A stretch of 64,000 nucleotides of DNA from Candidatus Thorarchaeota archaeon (GTDB lineage Archaea; Asgardarchaeota; Thorarchaeia; Thorarchaeales; Thorarchaeaceae). Numbering within the stretch: the first letter of the stretch is position 1; the number at the start of each line of letters is the position of its first letter. The position numbers were made by a program, and so were the translations under genes. The DNA lies in contig JAWOEX010000010.1 in the NCBI GenBank assembly GCA_046482545.1, positions 160,001 through 224,000 of the forward strand, in the 5' to 3' direction. A model generated the notes under the pieces. It searched no databases and was not told the DNA's origin. It saw only the letters and a program-made list of their open reading frames with translations. Shown in pieces: positions 10,681-21,319 of this stretch.

Positions 10681-11778
10681 CTAGAGACCAATACAATCGA
10701 GATTGATATTCTCGCCAATAATTTTCTCAACAGCGCGGATTTTCTTCTTGTTTTCTGTTGAGACTGTGCCAACCAAATCATCGACTATCTTGCCTGTTGT
10801 GTACGTATCATGAGCGGTCATCATGATAGGCACGCCTTTTTCTTTTGCCTTAGATATAGTCCGGATATCGGGTCCTAAACCTCCCGTTAGAATCAGCAGA
10901 TTTGTGTCAGTTTCCAGGGCCGCTAAGCAGATATCCGATCTATCGCCCCCAGCAATGACTGCCTTGTCTTTGGCACGCCTAAACCACTTCAATGCATGTT
11001 GGTAACCCATTGAACCAATCTGAAACTGATCGATGAGTATGTCCTCCTTGTCTTCACCAAAAAGCATCTCGCCATCAAGAGCCCGCTTTATCTGCCCGAG
11101 ACTGGGGCTGAAGAGTTCACGGTGCTTGTATACAACTCCACAGAATTCTACTCCTTGTTCTTGCAAGAAAGGTATGATATCTTCGGTCACAGCCGATTTC
11201 AGCATCGGGGGAACCATGTTTAGAACAACGCTGATAGAATCGATACCATGTTGTTTAAAGAGATCCCGCTGGAGGAACACATCATCGATAGCTGAGATAT
11301 CAGGAAAATTGACTAGACAAATCACGCGACAATTGAACTCTTTGGCAATCTGAGGCGTTGAAAGCCCAACGTGAAGCAGATGCCATGGAGCCTTCGTCCC
11401 TTCCAATAAGACATAGTCCTTGCCTTCCGCTGCTTGCTTGTAGCAACGCCGTATTTCATCTAGGAGTTTATCATGACCTATCCTGATCAATTCATCATAG
11501 CTGGAGTGAGTCCGTACGACTGGGCAGATGCAACCCAAATCAACAGAGAGTTCGAGAACATCCTTCATGACGACTGCGTCCTCGTCAACGTCGATATCAA
11601 GGGTGCGACTCTGCTCGAAACTCTTCTTACCAACTGGTTTGAAATAGCCAACTGAATTGCCTTTATCATGTAGATTTGACGCTAATGCTAAGGCAACCAT
11701 TGTTTTCCCAGTGAGAGTCTGGCCGCTAATCATGATGTTTTCTGCCATCTGATCACCCACTGATTGTGATTTTGACAT
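10681..11778 (-). CDS. Phosphotransacetylase-N-like protein (BioD-like AAA + DRTGG domains)
   Basis: TGKT, GYFKPVG, GGDRSDI...LTGG; real start is probably MAENI (11748). Confidence 0.88.
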   Translation of the reverse strand: MSKSQSVGDQMAENIMISGQTLTGKTMVALALASNLHDKGNSVGYFKPVGKKSFEQSRTLDIDVDEDAVVMKDVLELSVDLGCICPVVRTHSSYDELIRIGHDKLLDEIRRCYKQAAEGKDYVLLEGTKAPWHLLHVGLSTPQIAKEFNCRVICLVNFPDISAIDDVFLQRDLFKQHGIDSISVVLNMVPPMLKSAVTEDIIPFLQEQGVEFCGVVYKHRELFSPSLGQIKRALDGEMLFGEDKEDILIDQFQIGSMGYQHALKWFRRAKDKAVIAGGDRSDICLAALETDTNLLILTGGLGPDIRTISKAKEKGVPIMMTAHDTYTTGKIVDDLVGTVSTENKKKIRAVEKIIGENINLDCIGL

Positions 11779-13867
11779 CGACTGCTGTCACTCCTTCATT
11801 CTGTTCATAAGCAAAGACCGGATTGATATCTAGCTCCACGATATCATTGAAATCCGTTACCAGTTGGCTGATACGCAGAATTGTATCTTGAAGGGCTTTA
11901 ATATCACTTGGCGGCTCTCCCCTAACACCCTTGAGTAAAGTAGATATCTTTGTCTCGTCAATCAAAGCAGTGGCATCGGTTCGGGTCATCGGAGCCAGCC
12001 GGAAAGCCACATCCTCCAAGAAGTTGACATAGACACCTCCCGCACCAAACATAATAAGAGGGCCGAATTGAACATCCCTTGAGCAACCAACTATCAGCTC
12101 CCTACCCTCTTCAGCCATTTCCTGTACATCAACACCATAGATTATAGCTTTGGGTCTGCCTTCTCGAGCATTCTCGATAATCTCTAGGAAAGCTTCCTCG
12201 ACTTCCTCCGGTGTCTCAAGACCAACCTCGATACCACCAACATCGCTCTTGTGAACTATGTCAGGACTTGCAATCTTGAGTACTACTGGATAACCGAGTT
12301 CCTCAGCTATTTGCTTTGCTTCTTCCGGACTCGTTGCTAGCTTAATCCTAGCTACGGGGATTCCATATGCCTCTGCTATTGCATGCGCTTCATTTCCAAG
12401 AAGAACCCGTCTCTCATCTTCGCGTACTTTTCCAATTATCTCCTCAACAGTCTCTTTATCAACGTCGAATCTTGGTGAAGTTTCGTCCTTTAGGCTATCA
12501 CGAAGCACGGTGTAGTGATATAGCTCAGCGATTGCATTGACTGCCCGTTCAGGGAAATCAAATACTGGAATGCCAGCATCATTCAGAACAATTCTTGGAT
12601 AGACCATCGAATTCCCACCCATAAACACCGTTAGGATTGGCTTTTCAGGGAACTTCTTATGGGTCTCCACCACTGCCTGTGCTGTTTCCGCCTCCTTGGT
12701 CATGGCCTGCGGGGTCAGTAGAACAATGACTGAGTCAACATTGGGATCACGTAAAGCCGCTTCCATACATAAAGTGTAGTCCTCAGGTTGAGCAGTTCCT
12801 AGAGCATCAATTGGATTATACAGAGCAGCTGCTGGTGGCAGATGCTCTTTTAGAAAATCTATCGTTTCGGAAGAGAACTGAACAACATCCAGACCCATCG
12901 CTTCGCAAGCATCGGTAGTGATAATACCTGGACCCCCTGCATTGGTGATGATTGCAACTCGTTTACCTGCAGGCAAGCCCATGTCATCATACACATTTGC
13001 TATATCAAAAAGCTCGGACATGCTTTCGGCACGGATTACACCACACTGTTTGAAAGCTACAGTGTAAGCTGTATCACTTCCAGCAAGCGAACCTGTATGA
13101 GAAGATGCTGCTCGAGCACCAGCTTCACTAACACCAGATTTGACAACAAAGACTGGCTTCTTCTTTACTACTCCTTTTGCGACCTCCATAAAGCGCCGTC
13201 CGTCGACCACGTTTTCAATATACAGTAGAATAAAATGGGAATCCGGATCGTCACCGAAAGCTTCGAGGAAATCAGCTTCATCGAGCAGTGCTTTGTTCCC
13301 AAGACTCACAAATTTGGAAAAGCCAATCTTCTCCATTAATGAATAATCGAGAATCCCTGTCATGAGAGCACCAGACTGAGAAGCAAAAGCGATGATGCCC
13401 GTTTCAGGTGTCCCAGCAGCAAATGATGCATTATAGGGTTCACTGGTGTTAATAATACCCAAGCAGTTGGGACCCTGCAGCACCATGCCGTATTCCTTGG
13501 CAATCTCTACCATTTTCCGCTCAGCCTCTTGGCCTTCATGTCCCACTTCTTTGAAACCAGCGGTTATGACAACAAGAGCTTCAACGCCCTTTTCGCCACA
13601 TTCCTTAACGACTTCGAGCACGAAACGAGCCGGGATTACAATTACTGCAACATCCACATCGCCCGGTATATCGCCAACTGACCTGAAGACCTGCAAACCC
13701 AGTATTTCCCCGCCCTTTGGATTCACAGGATAGATGCGCCCCTCGTAGCCGCTGTCAAGTAGATTCTGCACAACGGAATTACCGAGTTTTCCCTTTGTAG
13801 CTGAAGCTCCAATAACAGCTATCGAATTAGGACGAAATAGAGTGTCAATACCTTCTTGCTTGTCCAT
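11753..13867 (-). CDS. ADP-forming acetate/acyl-CoA ligase, fused alpha-beta
   Basis: IAVIGAS, GPNCLG, SQSGA, SHTGSLAG, ATP-grasp HKSDVGG, ELDINP. Confidence 0.95.
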   Translation of the reverse strand: MDKQEGIDTLFRPNSIAVIGASATKGKLGNSVVQNLLDSGYEGRIYPVNPKGGEILGLQVFRSVGDIPGDVDVAVIVIPARFVLEVVKECGEKGVEALVVITAGFKEVGHEGQEAERKMVEIAKEYGMVLQGPNCLGIINTSEPYNASFAAGTPETGIIAFASQSGALMTGILDYSLMEKIGFSKFVSLGNKALLDEADFLEAFGDDPDSHFILLYIENVVDGRRFMEVAKGVVKKKPVFVVKSGVSEAGARAASSHTGSLAGSDTAYTVAFKQCGVIRAESMSELFDIANVYDDMGLPAGKRVAIITNAGGPGIITTDACEAMGLDVVQFSSETIDFLKEHLPPAAALYNPIDALGTAQPEDYTLCMEAALRDPNVDSVIVLLTPQAMTKEAETAQAVVETHKKFPEKPILTVFMGGNSMVYPRIVLNDAGIPVFDFPERAVNAIAELYHYTVLRDSLKDETSPRFDVDKETVEEIIGKVREDERRVLLGNEAHAIAEAYGIPVARIKLATSPEEAKQIAEELGYPVVLKIASPDIVHKSDVGGIEVGLETPEEVEEAFLEIIENAREGRPKAIIYGVDVQEMAEEGRELIVGCSRDVQFGPLIMFGAGGVYVNFLEDVAFRLAPMTRTDATALIDETKISTLLKGVRGEPPSDIKALQDTILRISQLVTDFNDIVELDINPVFAYEQNEGVTAVDVKITISG

Positions 13868-14015
13868 TGGTTTGAACCACCCACAGCGGTTTGATTCACA
13901 GATATTGGCTTTATGATTACAGTTATAGCTTATGCTATAGCTTCACATTACCAACCGTGTATTACTTACAGTCATATCCTAAGGATATCGTTGTGTGGTC
14001 TAGGTGAATACCAAC

Positions 14016-14156
14016 ATGAAGTTAGTAACTCTCCACGTACCCGAGACATACATAGCTGGTCTAGAGAAGTTGGTGGATAGTCAGCTTTATCCCAATAGGT
14101 CGGAAGCAATTCGAATCGCTATCCGAGATCTCCTCAAGCGCGAGCTTTGGGGTTAG
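14016..14156 (+). CDS. 46-aa CopG/ribbon-helix-helix regulator (CdrS-like)
   Basis: MKLVTLHVPETYIAGLEKLVDSQLYPNRSEAIRIAIRDLLKRELWG; GGTGA RBS; below the ORF-track cutoff. Confidence 0.88.
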   Translation: MKLVTLHVPETYIAGLEKLVDSQLYPNRSEAIRIAIRDLLKRELWG

Positions 14157-14260
14157 ACAACTCGCCTCTGGCCGTTCCTAGCAGCCAAGATGAAACGCCA
14201 ATAGATAGTGTAGTTCACATCTGTCCACATCAAAGAGCAACTCGTGCTTGAGACTATGAA

Positions 14261-14295
14261 GTCCTGGGCACAGACCCAGGATTACTACTTTTCTT
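14261..14295 (+). terminator. Hairpin plus T tract
   Basis: gtcctggg-cacaga-cccaggat followed by tactacttttcttt. Confidence 0.5.
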
Positions 14296-14317
14296 TGTGT
14301 GGAATAGTGACCAAAGG

Positions 14318-15231
14318 TACAAGATTTCTGGGAAGATTTCCTGTTAGATTCCATATCAAGTCTAATCAGTTAGCAAGAATGGAGTAATTGCCCCATTTCT
14401 TGTTTTCGAATAGTTATCTTTGCATAATCTTGGCTAATCTACCAGTCAATTCTAGTCGACAGTCCACATCTGGCCCGATAGTGAATCCTTGAGGTTACAT
14501 GGCATATACTGCTGGCTTTGTTGAAGAGGTGTCCTCTTTCTTGACCACCTAGTCAAACATTTTCGCTATGATGTCCATTTTCACAGATTTATTCTAATGC
14601 AATCGCCTTGTGAAGGTGGCAACTGGTGAATTCGTATACAAGAATATCTGAAGCGTTCTCATAGTTTCCCGCTGCAATTCCTGCAATTTGTATGGCCTTG
14701 GCAAGCATTGACTAAACGGATATTTCATTGTAATCCGTCAGGTCCCCTGATCCTATGTTACCTGCTCTAGGAGAGCCAATAGTCCGTTTTTCGGTCAGCT
14801 GATTCCCTCCAAAATAGCACTATGTACACCCGTACATAGTACACCAATCCAAAATAATCCACTCTGTGCTCTCTAAATAATGAACGAAAATAGCAATTAG
14901 CCAGTCTTGAAAAGCCACCGCTCTTCCATGAGAATACAGGGAATTGAATCCACAACATCGACAGTATTGCTCAGCGTACGCGTTTCATTATGAATAACGG
15001 ACGAAACCTAAGGTTTCTTATCCAAAGAGACACTTTCCGGCTTCTTTGTTGATGACAGAAGCAGGAAGCCAGAAGAGATACTCTCTTGATAAACATGTAC
15101 AAAGCCTCTGGTAACTCAAGGAGCAAGGGCACCCTTGAGGGCAGCGACCCTAGCACGGGAAGGGTGGAACATAGAAATTCTCCAATTTGCTTTCACTCAA
15201 GTATAATGAATAGGTCAGAAGAAATGTTATT
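14318..15231 (+). mobile_element. Degenerate, longer copy (C) of the non-coding repeat element
   Basis: aagatttcctgtta at 14333 matches the end motif at 30.9 kb; 15050-15231 aligns with the 3' part of the 21.3-22.4 kb copies (aaagcc...ctcaagg...ccttgag...gggaagggtggaaca...cactcaa). Confidence 0.6.
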
Positions 15232-15240
15232 ACAAGATAG

Positions 15241-16275
15241 TTGTTTGTTGAACGTGCGAAGCTTCAACAACTAGGAGCGTGTAGCTACATAGGTTCCGAT
15301 ATACCCAGTAAGTCTGATAAAATAGCTAAGCGGCTGGGAAGACGAAGTCAACCGGAATCTTTGGTGAGTGGTTGCCCCTGTTACAAAGAGTTTGGTGATG
15401 AGAGAGTTTGTTTAAACAACGATGATGTAGTTCAAATCAATCCCATCTCAGTTGCCACCTCATTTTTCCCCAGTATTGATTCATTCGAAAACTTGCAAGA
15501 CCTCAAGAGCGACAAAGATAACGTTTGCTACTTGCTGGTATACTTGGATGAGGACAAAGACAAAGCATATTGTGTCAGCCAAGGAAAGAAACTCGTAATC
15601 AATGGAAATGATGTTCGTGCAGATGATCTTCGAGATGCACTTAGATTCGTTAATCTAGGCAGGAAATCCACAGATGGGGAAATATGTTCAACCTGTATGT
15701 ACAAGTATCTCATCACGCTTGGAGATGTATTTGAGGATGTACTATCCGAAGATGAACGAACAGAAATCATTGCAGACTATATCGAGGATATAGCCAATAG
15801 AATGGCACAAGACATGACTGGTGGAGATTTGGAGGGGCAAGAAACTGCGGATCAGGAGGAGTTCATCCAGATGCGAATTACGCAACTGATGGAACAGAGG
15901 GCAGACTGGGAAGAGTTGATTCGTAAGAAAAGATCTGAGGGAGCAGATGAAAAGCAAATTCGCCTCTTGGATAATTACAGACGGCTGAACAGGCTGGAAG
16001 CGACGTTCCTTTCTCAAGTGCATACCATGATTGGAACTGAAATCACTACCCTCGCACTGAATGCCCTTCGCATGATGATAGCAGTGGCAAAAGAGACAAC
16101 TGAAACATGTAATAGAATACGCAGTCTGACACACACTCTCACGGACAGCCGCAAGATGCCTGCTGATTTCGATCATCTACTGGAACCACATGCTGAGAGG
16201 AGAAGAAAAATCGAACACAGATTCGACAGGGTCGAACGGGTGCTGAGTGAGATAGAAATCCAGCAACATCGTTGA
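15241..16275 (+). CDS. Cys-motif hypothetical protein, paralog 1 (start uncertain)
   Basis: GCPCYKEFGDERVC, NVCY, AYCVSQG, EICSTCMYK; helical C-terminus. Confidence 0.8.
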   Translation: MFVERAKLQQLGACSYIGSDIPSKSDKIAKRLGRRSQPESLVSGCPCYKEFGDERVCLNNDDVVQINPISVATSFFPSIDSFENLQDLKSDKDNVCYLLVYLDEDKDKAYCVSQGKKLVINGNDVRADDLRDALRFVNLGRKSTDGEICSTCMYKYLITLGDVFEDVLSEDERTEIIADYIEDIANRMAQDMTGGDLEGQETADQEEFIQMRITQLMEQRADWEELIRKKRSEGADEKQIRLLDNYRRLNRLEATFLSQVHTMIGTEITTLALNALRMMIAVAKETTETCNRIRSLTHTLTDSRKMPADFDHLLEPHAERRRKIEHRFDRVERVLSEIEIQQHR

Positions 16276-16360
16276 GGTTTGTCCATCAGGAAACAGAATA
16301 TATTATACGGATGGATAGTGTACAATTAGATGAATCTTAGATTATTAGGGGCAGTATAGG

Positions 16361-17329
16361 GTGGATTCCAAGCTAATCGTCGGAAAAAACAAGAAAGAGA
16401 TTCAGGTTGTAAGAGGATGTCCGTGCTACAAGGTGTTCGGCGATGAGAATCTCTGCGTCAACGACGACGAAATTCTAGAAGTTGAGGTAATTGAAGTCGA
16501 TCCTTCACTTTTCTCCTTGCATGAAACGAAAGAAGACATGGAAGAAGAAATCGTCCACGAAGACAACATATGCTACTGCTCAGTCTACATGAATCCGGAG
16601 GATAACCGAGTTTACTGTGTATCCCAAGGCTGGCCACTACGGATACACGGAAGGTATGTACCTGCTGATGAGATGAGAGACGCTTTTCGATTTCTCTCCA
16701 CAAAAGACCTTTCAGCCCCGGCAGAAATCTGCTCAGAATGTATCTACAAGTTTCTGTTGACACTGAGTGATACCTATTCAACCGATATGACGAAGCAAGA
16801 ACAGACTGATGAAATCAAGGGATATGTAGACAAGTTCTCGCTTATGATAGCTGTCAAGCTCAGCCAAATGGAAGGTATGCAAACCATCGGCACAGAAGAT
16901 GATATCGATAAAGGCGTGGATTACCTCGCATTTTTACGGGGGTATCTTGTACAGCTCCTCGAACAGCAGCAATTCTGGAGCGAATTGCGAACCTCTTTGA
17001 AGGATGAAGGGACCGAAGAATGGTTGCTGGATTTGGTTGAGAAACGAGAAAAACTGGCACGGCTTGAGTATCAGTTCTACTCGCAGACTTTACAGCTTCA
17101 TCATATCGATGATTTCAATCTACTGGTTCGAAACTTAGAATTCATTCTCAAGACTGCTGGAGGTATCCTTAGCCTGAATCAGGAAATCCATTCGAAAATC
17201 AGATCCGAAGAGTTTCTTGAGAAGGCAGAAGGTGACAAACGACTTGACAAACTCGTAGCTTACGGGGAAAAATGCAGGGCGATTGAGCACAACTTTGCCA
17301 ATATACTTCAGATATTGAACAAGCTGTGA
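16361..17329 (+). CDS. Cys-motif hypothetical protein, paralog 2
   Basis: GCPCYKVFGDENLC, NICY, VYCVSQG, EICSECIYK. Confidence 0.85.
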   Translation: MDSKLIVGKNKKEIQVVRGCPCYKVFGDENLCVNDDEILEVEVIEVDPSLFSLHETKEDMEEEIVHEDNICYCSVYMNPEDNRVYCVSQGWPLRIHGRYVPADEMRDAFRFLSTKDLSAPAEICSECIYKFLLTLSDTYSTDMTKQEQTDEIKGYVDKFSLMIAVKLSQMEGMQTIGTEDDIDKGVDYLAFLRGYLVQLLEQQQFWSELRTSLKDEGTEEWLLDLVEKREKLARLEYQFYSQTLQLHHIDDFNLLVRNLEFILKTAGGILSLNQEIHSKIRSEEFLEKAEGDKRLDKLVAYGEKCRAIEHNFANILQILNKL

Positions 17330-17404
17330 CAATCTGTATCTGAAACAGAGAGCAATACAGAGATGCTCAGCGGAGATTTCTTGCCATTAGCCTTTTGCTA
17401 GAAT

Positions 17405-18355
17405 CTACCCGATAGGGCCAAATGTCTCCTTCAGCCATTGAATGTACTCTTTCACTCCTTGTTCTAGTGGGATCTCTGGTTTCCATCCGTATGATTTGAG
17501 TAGGCTGATATCGATGTCCGTTATGACTACATCTCCAGACCATCCTCTTTTTGAGCCGGTATACTCAATCGAGGCATCAGGGACGCCCGCTGCTTCACAA
17601 ACCAGTTCGGCAATCCTAGCCACCTTCAATCGTTCACCAGATCCTACGTTGATAGGCTGATAACCCTCTTGCATCTTTTCTGCAAGAAGCATAGTGGCAG
17701 CAACAGTGTCACTGACATACATGTAGGACTTCTCTTGTTGGCCATCTCCCAAGACCTCAAGGCAAGTAGGGTCCCGTTTCAGTTTCATATAGAAATCATA
17801 CATCACACCATGAGTTGAACGTGGACCGATTATGTTGGCTAGCCGCATGCTCACGGAGTTGATTCCATACAGTTCAGCATAGGAAGATAGGTACATTTCA
17901 ACAGCGCCTTTCGCAGCACCATAGTTGCTAATCGGGCGGAAAGGTGTGTTTTCTGGTGTCGGGAATACGTCGATCTGTCCATATACTGTACCTCCTGAAG
18001 ATGCAAAGATGAATCGGTTGATGTCTCGCTCGCGCATGGCCTCAAGGATGTTGATAGTTCCAACCACATTGATTCTAAAATCGAGTAAGGGTTGGTCCAC
18101 ACTTAACCGAACATCTGGTTGAGCTGCTAAATGGAAGACTGTATCGACTCCTTCTAGGGCGGAATCAATGTCCTCCTCAATCGTTATGGATCCTTCAATA
18201 AAACGGAAGTGCTCTTTCTCCTCATGATGTACTATATTCCCGCGTTCTCCTCCAGAAAGGTCATCGAGCACTATCACCTCGTGTTCATCGATTAGACTGT
18301 CTACCAAGTGGCTACCAATGAACCCTGCACCGCCAGTAACTAGTACACGCTTCAA
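17405..18355 (-). CDS. NAD-dependent nucleotide-sugar epimerase (GalE-like)
   Basis: TGGAGFIGSH, HLAA, YGAAK. Confidence 0.92.
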   Translation of the reverse strand: MKRVLVTGGAGFIGSHLVDSLIDEHEVIVLDDLSGGERGNIVHHEEKEHFRFIEGSITIEEDIDSALEGVDTVFHLAAQPDVRLSVDQPLLDFRINVVGTINILEAMRERDINRFIFASSGGTVYGQIDVFPTPENTPFRPISNYGAAKGAVEMYLSSYAELYGINSVSMRLANIIGPRSTHGVMYDFYMKLKRDPTCLEVLGDGQQEKSYMYVSDTVAATMLLAEKMQEGYQPINVGSGERLKVARIAELVCEAAGVPDASIEYTGSKRGWSGDVVITDIDISLLKSYGWKPEIPLEQGVKEYIQWLKETFGPIG

Positions 18356-18403
18356 GTTTCATCACAACGATTCTGGTGGTCTCTATCCAAAGCATAAAGG
18401 TTC

Positions 18404-19027
18404 CTACACGCTGAACCGCGAGTCTGAAAGGACAGCCTCCAAGAATGATAGAGCCGTGGGGTCCTTTTCCGTCCTATTCCATTCCTTTATGAACTCCTTG
18501 AAAATCTCCATCTCTTCGGTAACGCGTTGGCCGAGTCTTTGTAGATGTGAGGCTTTCACGTAGTCTCCTTCCCCCAGTCCCGAGCATATATGCTTCATCG
18601 CATTCAATCCCCAAGCCAGTTCGCCATTCTTGCGACCGAAAACGAACGGGAATGATTTACATACACCGGGCCGATAGGGATAAATCATGCACTTGTTCTC
18701 TCTTAGGAAGATACAGCCAGTATCTTCGATTTTTTTCAGTGCAACATATGCTCGACCCTTTTCAGTTTCAACTGAGGGAATTTTTCTAAGGCCCCGTGGT
18801 ACACTTTCATTTTCACCAAGGATGTAAAAATCAATTGCCCTCAGGAGCTCCGTAGCGGTTAAATCCAGCAATTTCGCTATTCTTACAATATCTGTACCTG
18901 TCAATGTCACAAGCATGTTTTCCTGAGTACAACAGGCGGCACATCCCGTACATTCGAAACGTACATCGACAGTTGTAGAGTCATCGGTTTCTTGCTTGCT
19001 GGTTGACATCTCTAAGCTATAACTCAC
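18404..19027 (-). CDS. YkgJ/FliB-family cysteine-cluster protein
   Basis: FECTGCAACC, CIFL...CMIYPYRPGVCKSFPF. Confidence 0.9.
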   Translation of the reverse strand: MSYSLEMSTSKQETDDSTTVDVRFECTGCAACCTQENMLVTLTGTDIVRIAKLLDLTATELLRAIDFYILGENESVPRGLRKIPSVETEKGRAYVALKKIEDTGCIFLRENKCMIYPYRPGVCKSFPFVFGRKNGELAWGLNAMKHICSGLGEGDYVKASHLQRLGQRVTEEMEIFKEFIKEWNRTEKDPTALSFLEAVLSDSRFSV

Positions 19028-20190
19028 ATCAAGGTCTGTAAATATTTGTTTACCTTTGTAAGCCCTTCCTCAATAACGTCCATGCTAGTAGCAAAGCTGA
19101 AGCGTAGGTTGCTGTCGTAATCTGTTCCAAATACAGTCCCCGGAACCGAGGTGACGCCAGCTTTGAGAAGCAGCATCTCTGCGAGTGTTGCACTGCTTAT
19201 TCCATAATGTGAGAAATCAGGAAACACATAGAAAGCCCCTGCAGGATTCACGCAATCGACGCCCTCCATGGAATAGAAGATATCGATAATTCGGTCGCGT
19301 CTTTTCTGGTATTCCGCCCGCATCTGATCGATACCACTCTGATCGCCTTCCAATGCTTCAACTCCAGCATATTGTACGAACGATGCTGCGCATGAGGTAG
19401 TGTTCTGCTGAATTCGAACCATATTATCTATGGTCACAGCATTTCCAATAGCGTATCCGAGACGCCAACCGGTCATCGCGTAAGCCTTCGAGAAACCGTT
19501 GATTATGACAGTATGCTGAAGAGCGGGGTCAATTTCAAGCATCGAGGGTTGCTCGAAGCCATCAAAGACCAATTCTTCATAGATTTCGTCGCTAAATACG
19601 ACAATATCATGGTCTATTGCCAAATCATGGATAAAACGCAGGTCGTCCTTATTTATGACGCCTCCAGTCGGATTGTTCGGGCTGTTGATAACCAGGCCTC
19701 TAACATCCTTGTTCAGAGCTGTTTTGAGAGATTCTCTATCAAGGCGGTAATCAGAATCTGTTGACACATCAATAGGAATTCCACCGGCTGTTCTCGTCAA
19801 TACACGATAGGTTGGCCAAGCAGGAGCCAAAATCAGGACATCATCACCGCGGTCGATTGTAGATAATATGGCCCCGAAAAGAGCCATTTTCGCGCCTGGA
19901 GTAACAACCACTTGTTGCTCAGGATCAAAATCCATGCCACGGTCCGCGTACACATCTGCTATTGCCTTCCGAAGAGGGGGATGACCCCTCGCTGAAAGAT
20001 AGCGTGTATGTCCCGCGTCGAGTGCGTCTTTCGCAGCCTTGACAATATTGGCAGGCGTATCGAAATCAGGTTGGCCCACCTCGAAATGGTAGACTTTCTT
20101 GCCCTCAGCCTCCAACTTGTTTGCCAAGTCAAACATTTTCAGCGTTCCAGAAGCAGGAATACGCTCCATATGGTGCGATGGCCATGCCAT
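19024..20190 (-). CDS. Class I/II PLP aminotransferase (aspartate aminotransferase-like)
   Basis: GQPDF, NSPNNPTG, DEIYE, FSKAYAMTGWRLG. Confidence 0.95.
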   Translation of the reverse strand: MAWPSHHMERIPASGTLKMFDLANKLEAEGKKVYHFEVGQPDFDTPANIVKAAKDALDAGHTRYLSARGHPPLRKAIADVYADRGMDFDPEQQVVVTPGAKMALFGAILSTIDRGDDVLILAPAWPTYRVLTRTAGGIPIDVSTDSDYRLDRESLKTALNKDVRGLVINSPNNPTGGVINKDDLRFIHDLAIDHDIVVFSDEIYEELVFDGFEQPSMLEIDPALQHTVIINGFSKAYAMTGWRLGYAIGNAVTIDNMVRIQQNTTSCAASFVQYAGVEALEGDQSGIDQMRAEYQKRRDRIIDIFYSMEGVDCVNPAGAFYVFPDFSHYGISSATLAEMLLLKAGVTSVPGTVFGTDYDSNLRFSFATSMDVIEEGLTKVNKYLQTLM

Positions 20191-20257
20191 TATTGGTCAC
20201 CTTGCATTTAGTGCACTTAGGTAGTAGGAGGCGGTCATTGGTTCTTTATTACTATTT

Positions 20258-21103
20258 TCATGAGAACTTCGAAAAAACCTGCATCAACTGCTCTTTCTGA
20301 TAGTCTGTACCAAGAATCTGTATTCGGTCGAGCATGGCTTCGCCCAGACCTTCACGATAGGCACGGAGAATATGGTCAATAGCCAAAGGATCGATGCCAT
20401 ATAATCCAGCACAGAAAGCGTCAAGAGCCAGTATATCAAGGCCAAGGGCTACACCGCCCAAATGGCGAGTCTCTCTATTTTCTCTAGGTCCGATAATTAT
20501 TTCGGCTAAATCCATGACGGTGAGATCTGATTGATATGTACCAAGCAGGTCCATGAGTACATCGGTTATCTGGTCGTGGTATATCGATTTGTCTTCTTCA
20601 GGCAGCAAGCCGAAAAGGTTTTTGATGGCACCACTGTATGTGGAGATTTTGGGCTCAACCTTGGGAGTAGCAACATTGATGAAAAAGACGTTGCCATGCA
20701 GCAATTCGGGCATTTCTTTCTCTTCGAAATAGTTTCCGGGCATATCAACTGGAACCAATTCAGCCTCAGATAGATTGACAAGATTCACCCGATTGGACTC
20801 TAGTTCGTCATACCCGCATTTCGAGAATGCAGCCCAGGTGGTTCTTAGAGGGTTGTCACTCTCGACTATATAGACAGGTGCAACCTCTTCAAAAGAGTAC
20901 ACAATTGCCTTAAGTAGCTCCAATGAAGTGTTTCCGGGTAAATCAGGATCATAAATTGAGGGTTTGATTAAAATTCGGTCCAGAGGGCTCTGAAACGGAA
21001 GGGGTTCAGTCATCTTTGAAAGGGCCTTGTTGAGTGTCTCCCGTGGGTTTCTACGAACGGCAATGGCCACTTGCGACCCTGAAATCATACCTGCCTTTAG
21101 CAC
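20258..21103 (-). CDS. DUF362 family protein
   Basis: ILIKP, INVATPK, GAIKNLFGLLP, DILALDA. Confidence 0.8.
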   Translation of the reverse strand: MLKAGMISGSQVAIAVRRNPRETLNKALSKMTEPLPFQSPLDRILIKPSIYDPDLPGNTSLELLKAIVYSFEEVAPVYIVESDNPLRTTWAAFSKCGYDELESNRVNLVNLSEAELVPVDMPGNYFEEKEMPELLHGNVFFINVATPKVEPKISTYSGAIKNLFGLLPEEDKSIYHDQITDVLMDLLGTYQSDLTVMDLAEIIIGPRENRETRHLGGVALGLDILALDAFCAGLYGIDPLAIDHILRAYREGLGEAMLDRIQILGTDYQKEQLMQVFSKFS

Positions 21104-21319
21104 AGACTAACCCTTTAAGTTGATGTTTTGCAGGTTAGAATCGCCATGACTCTAAGTGGTGACGAACGAACCAGATACTCGAGAATGCTGCCACTGAGGC
21201 ATTTTGATGAGAGCAAGATGGAGTCCATCAAAGAAACAAAGAGTTGCAGTGGCTGGCACTGGCGGTTTGGGATGCAACTTGCGCAGACTGCTTACTTCGT
21301 TCGGATTCGGACATATCAA

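Noticed and set aside
14255-14285. ATGAA followed by a hairpin as a possible SECIS
   Set aside because: It lacks the apical AA at the right spacing and the 3' GA, and the upstream gene has no in-frame TGA.
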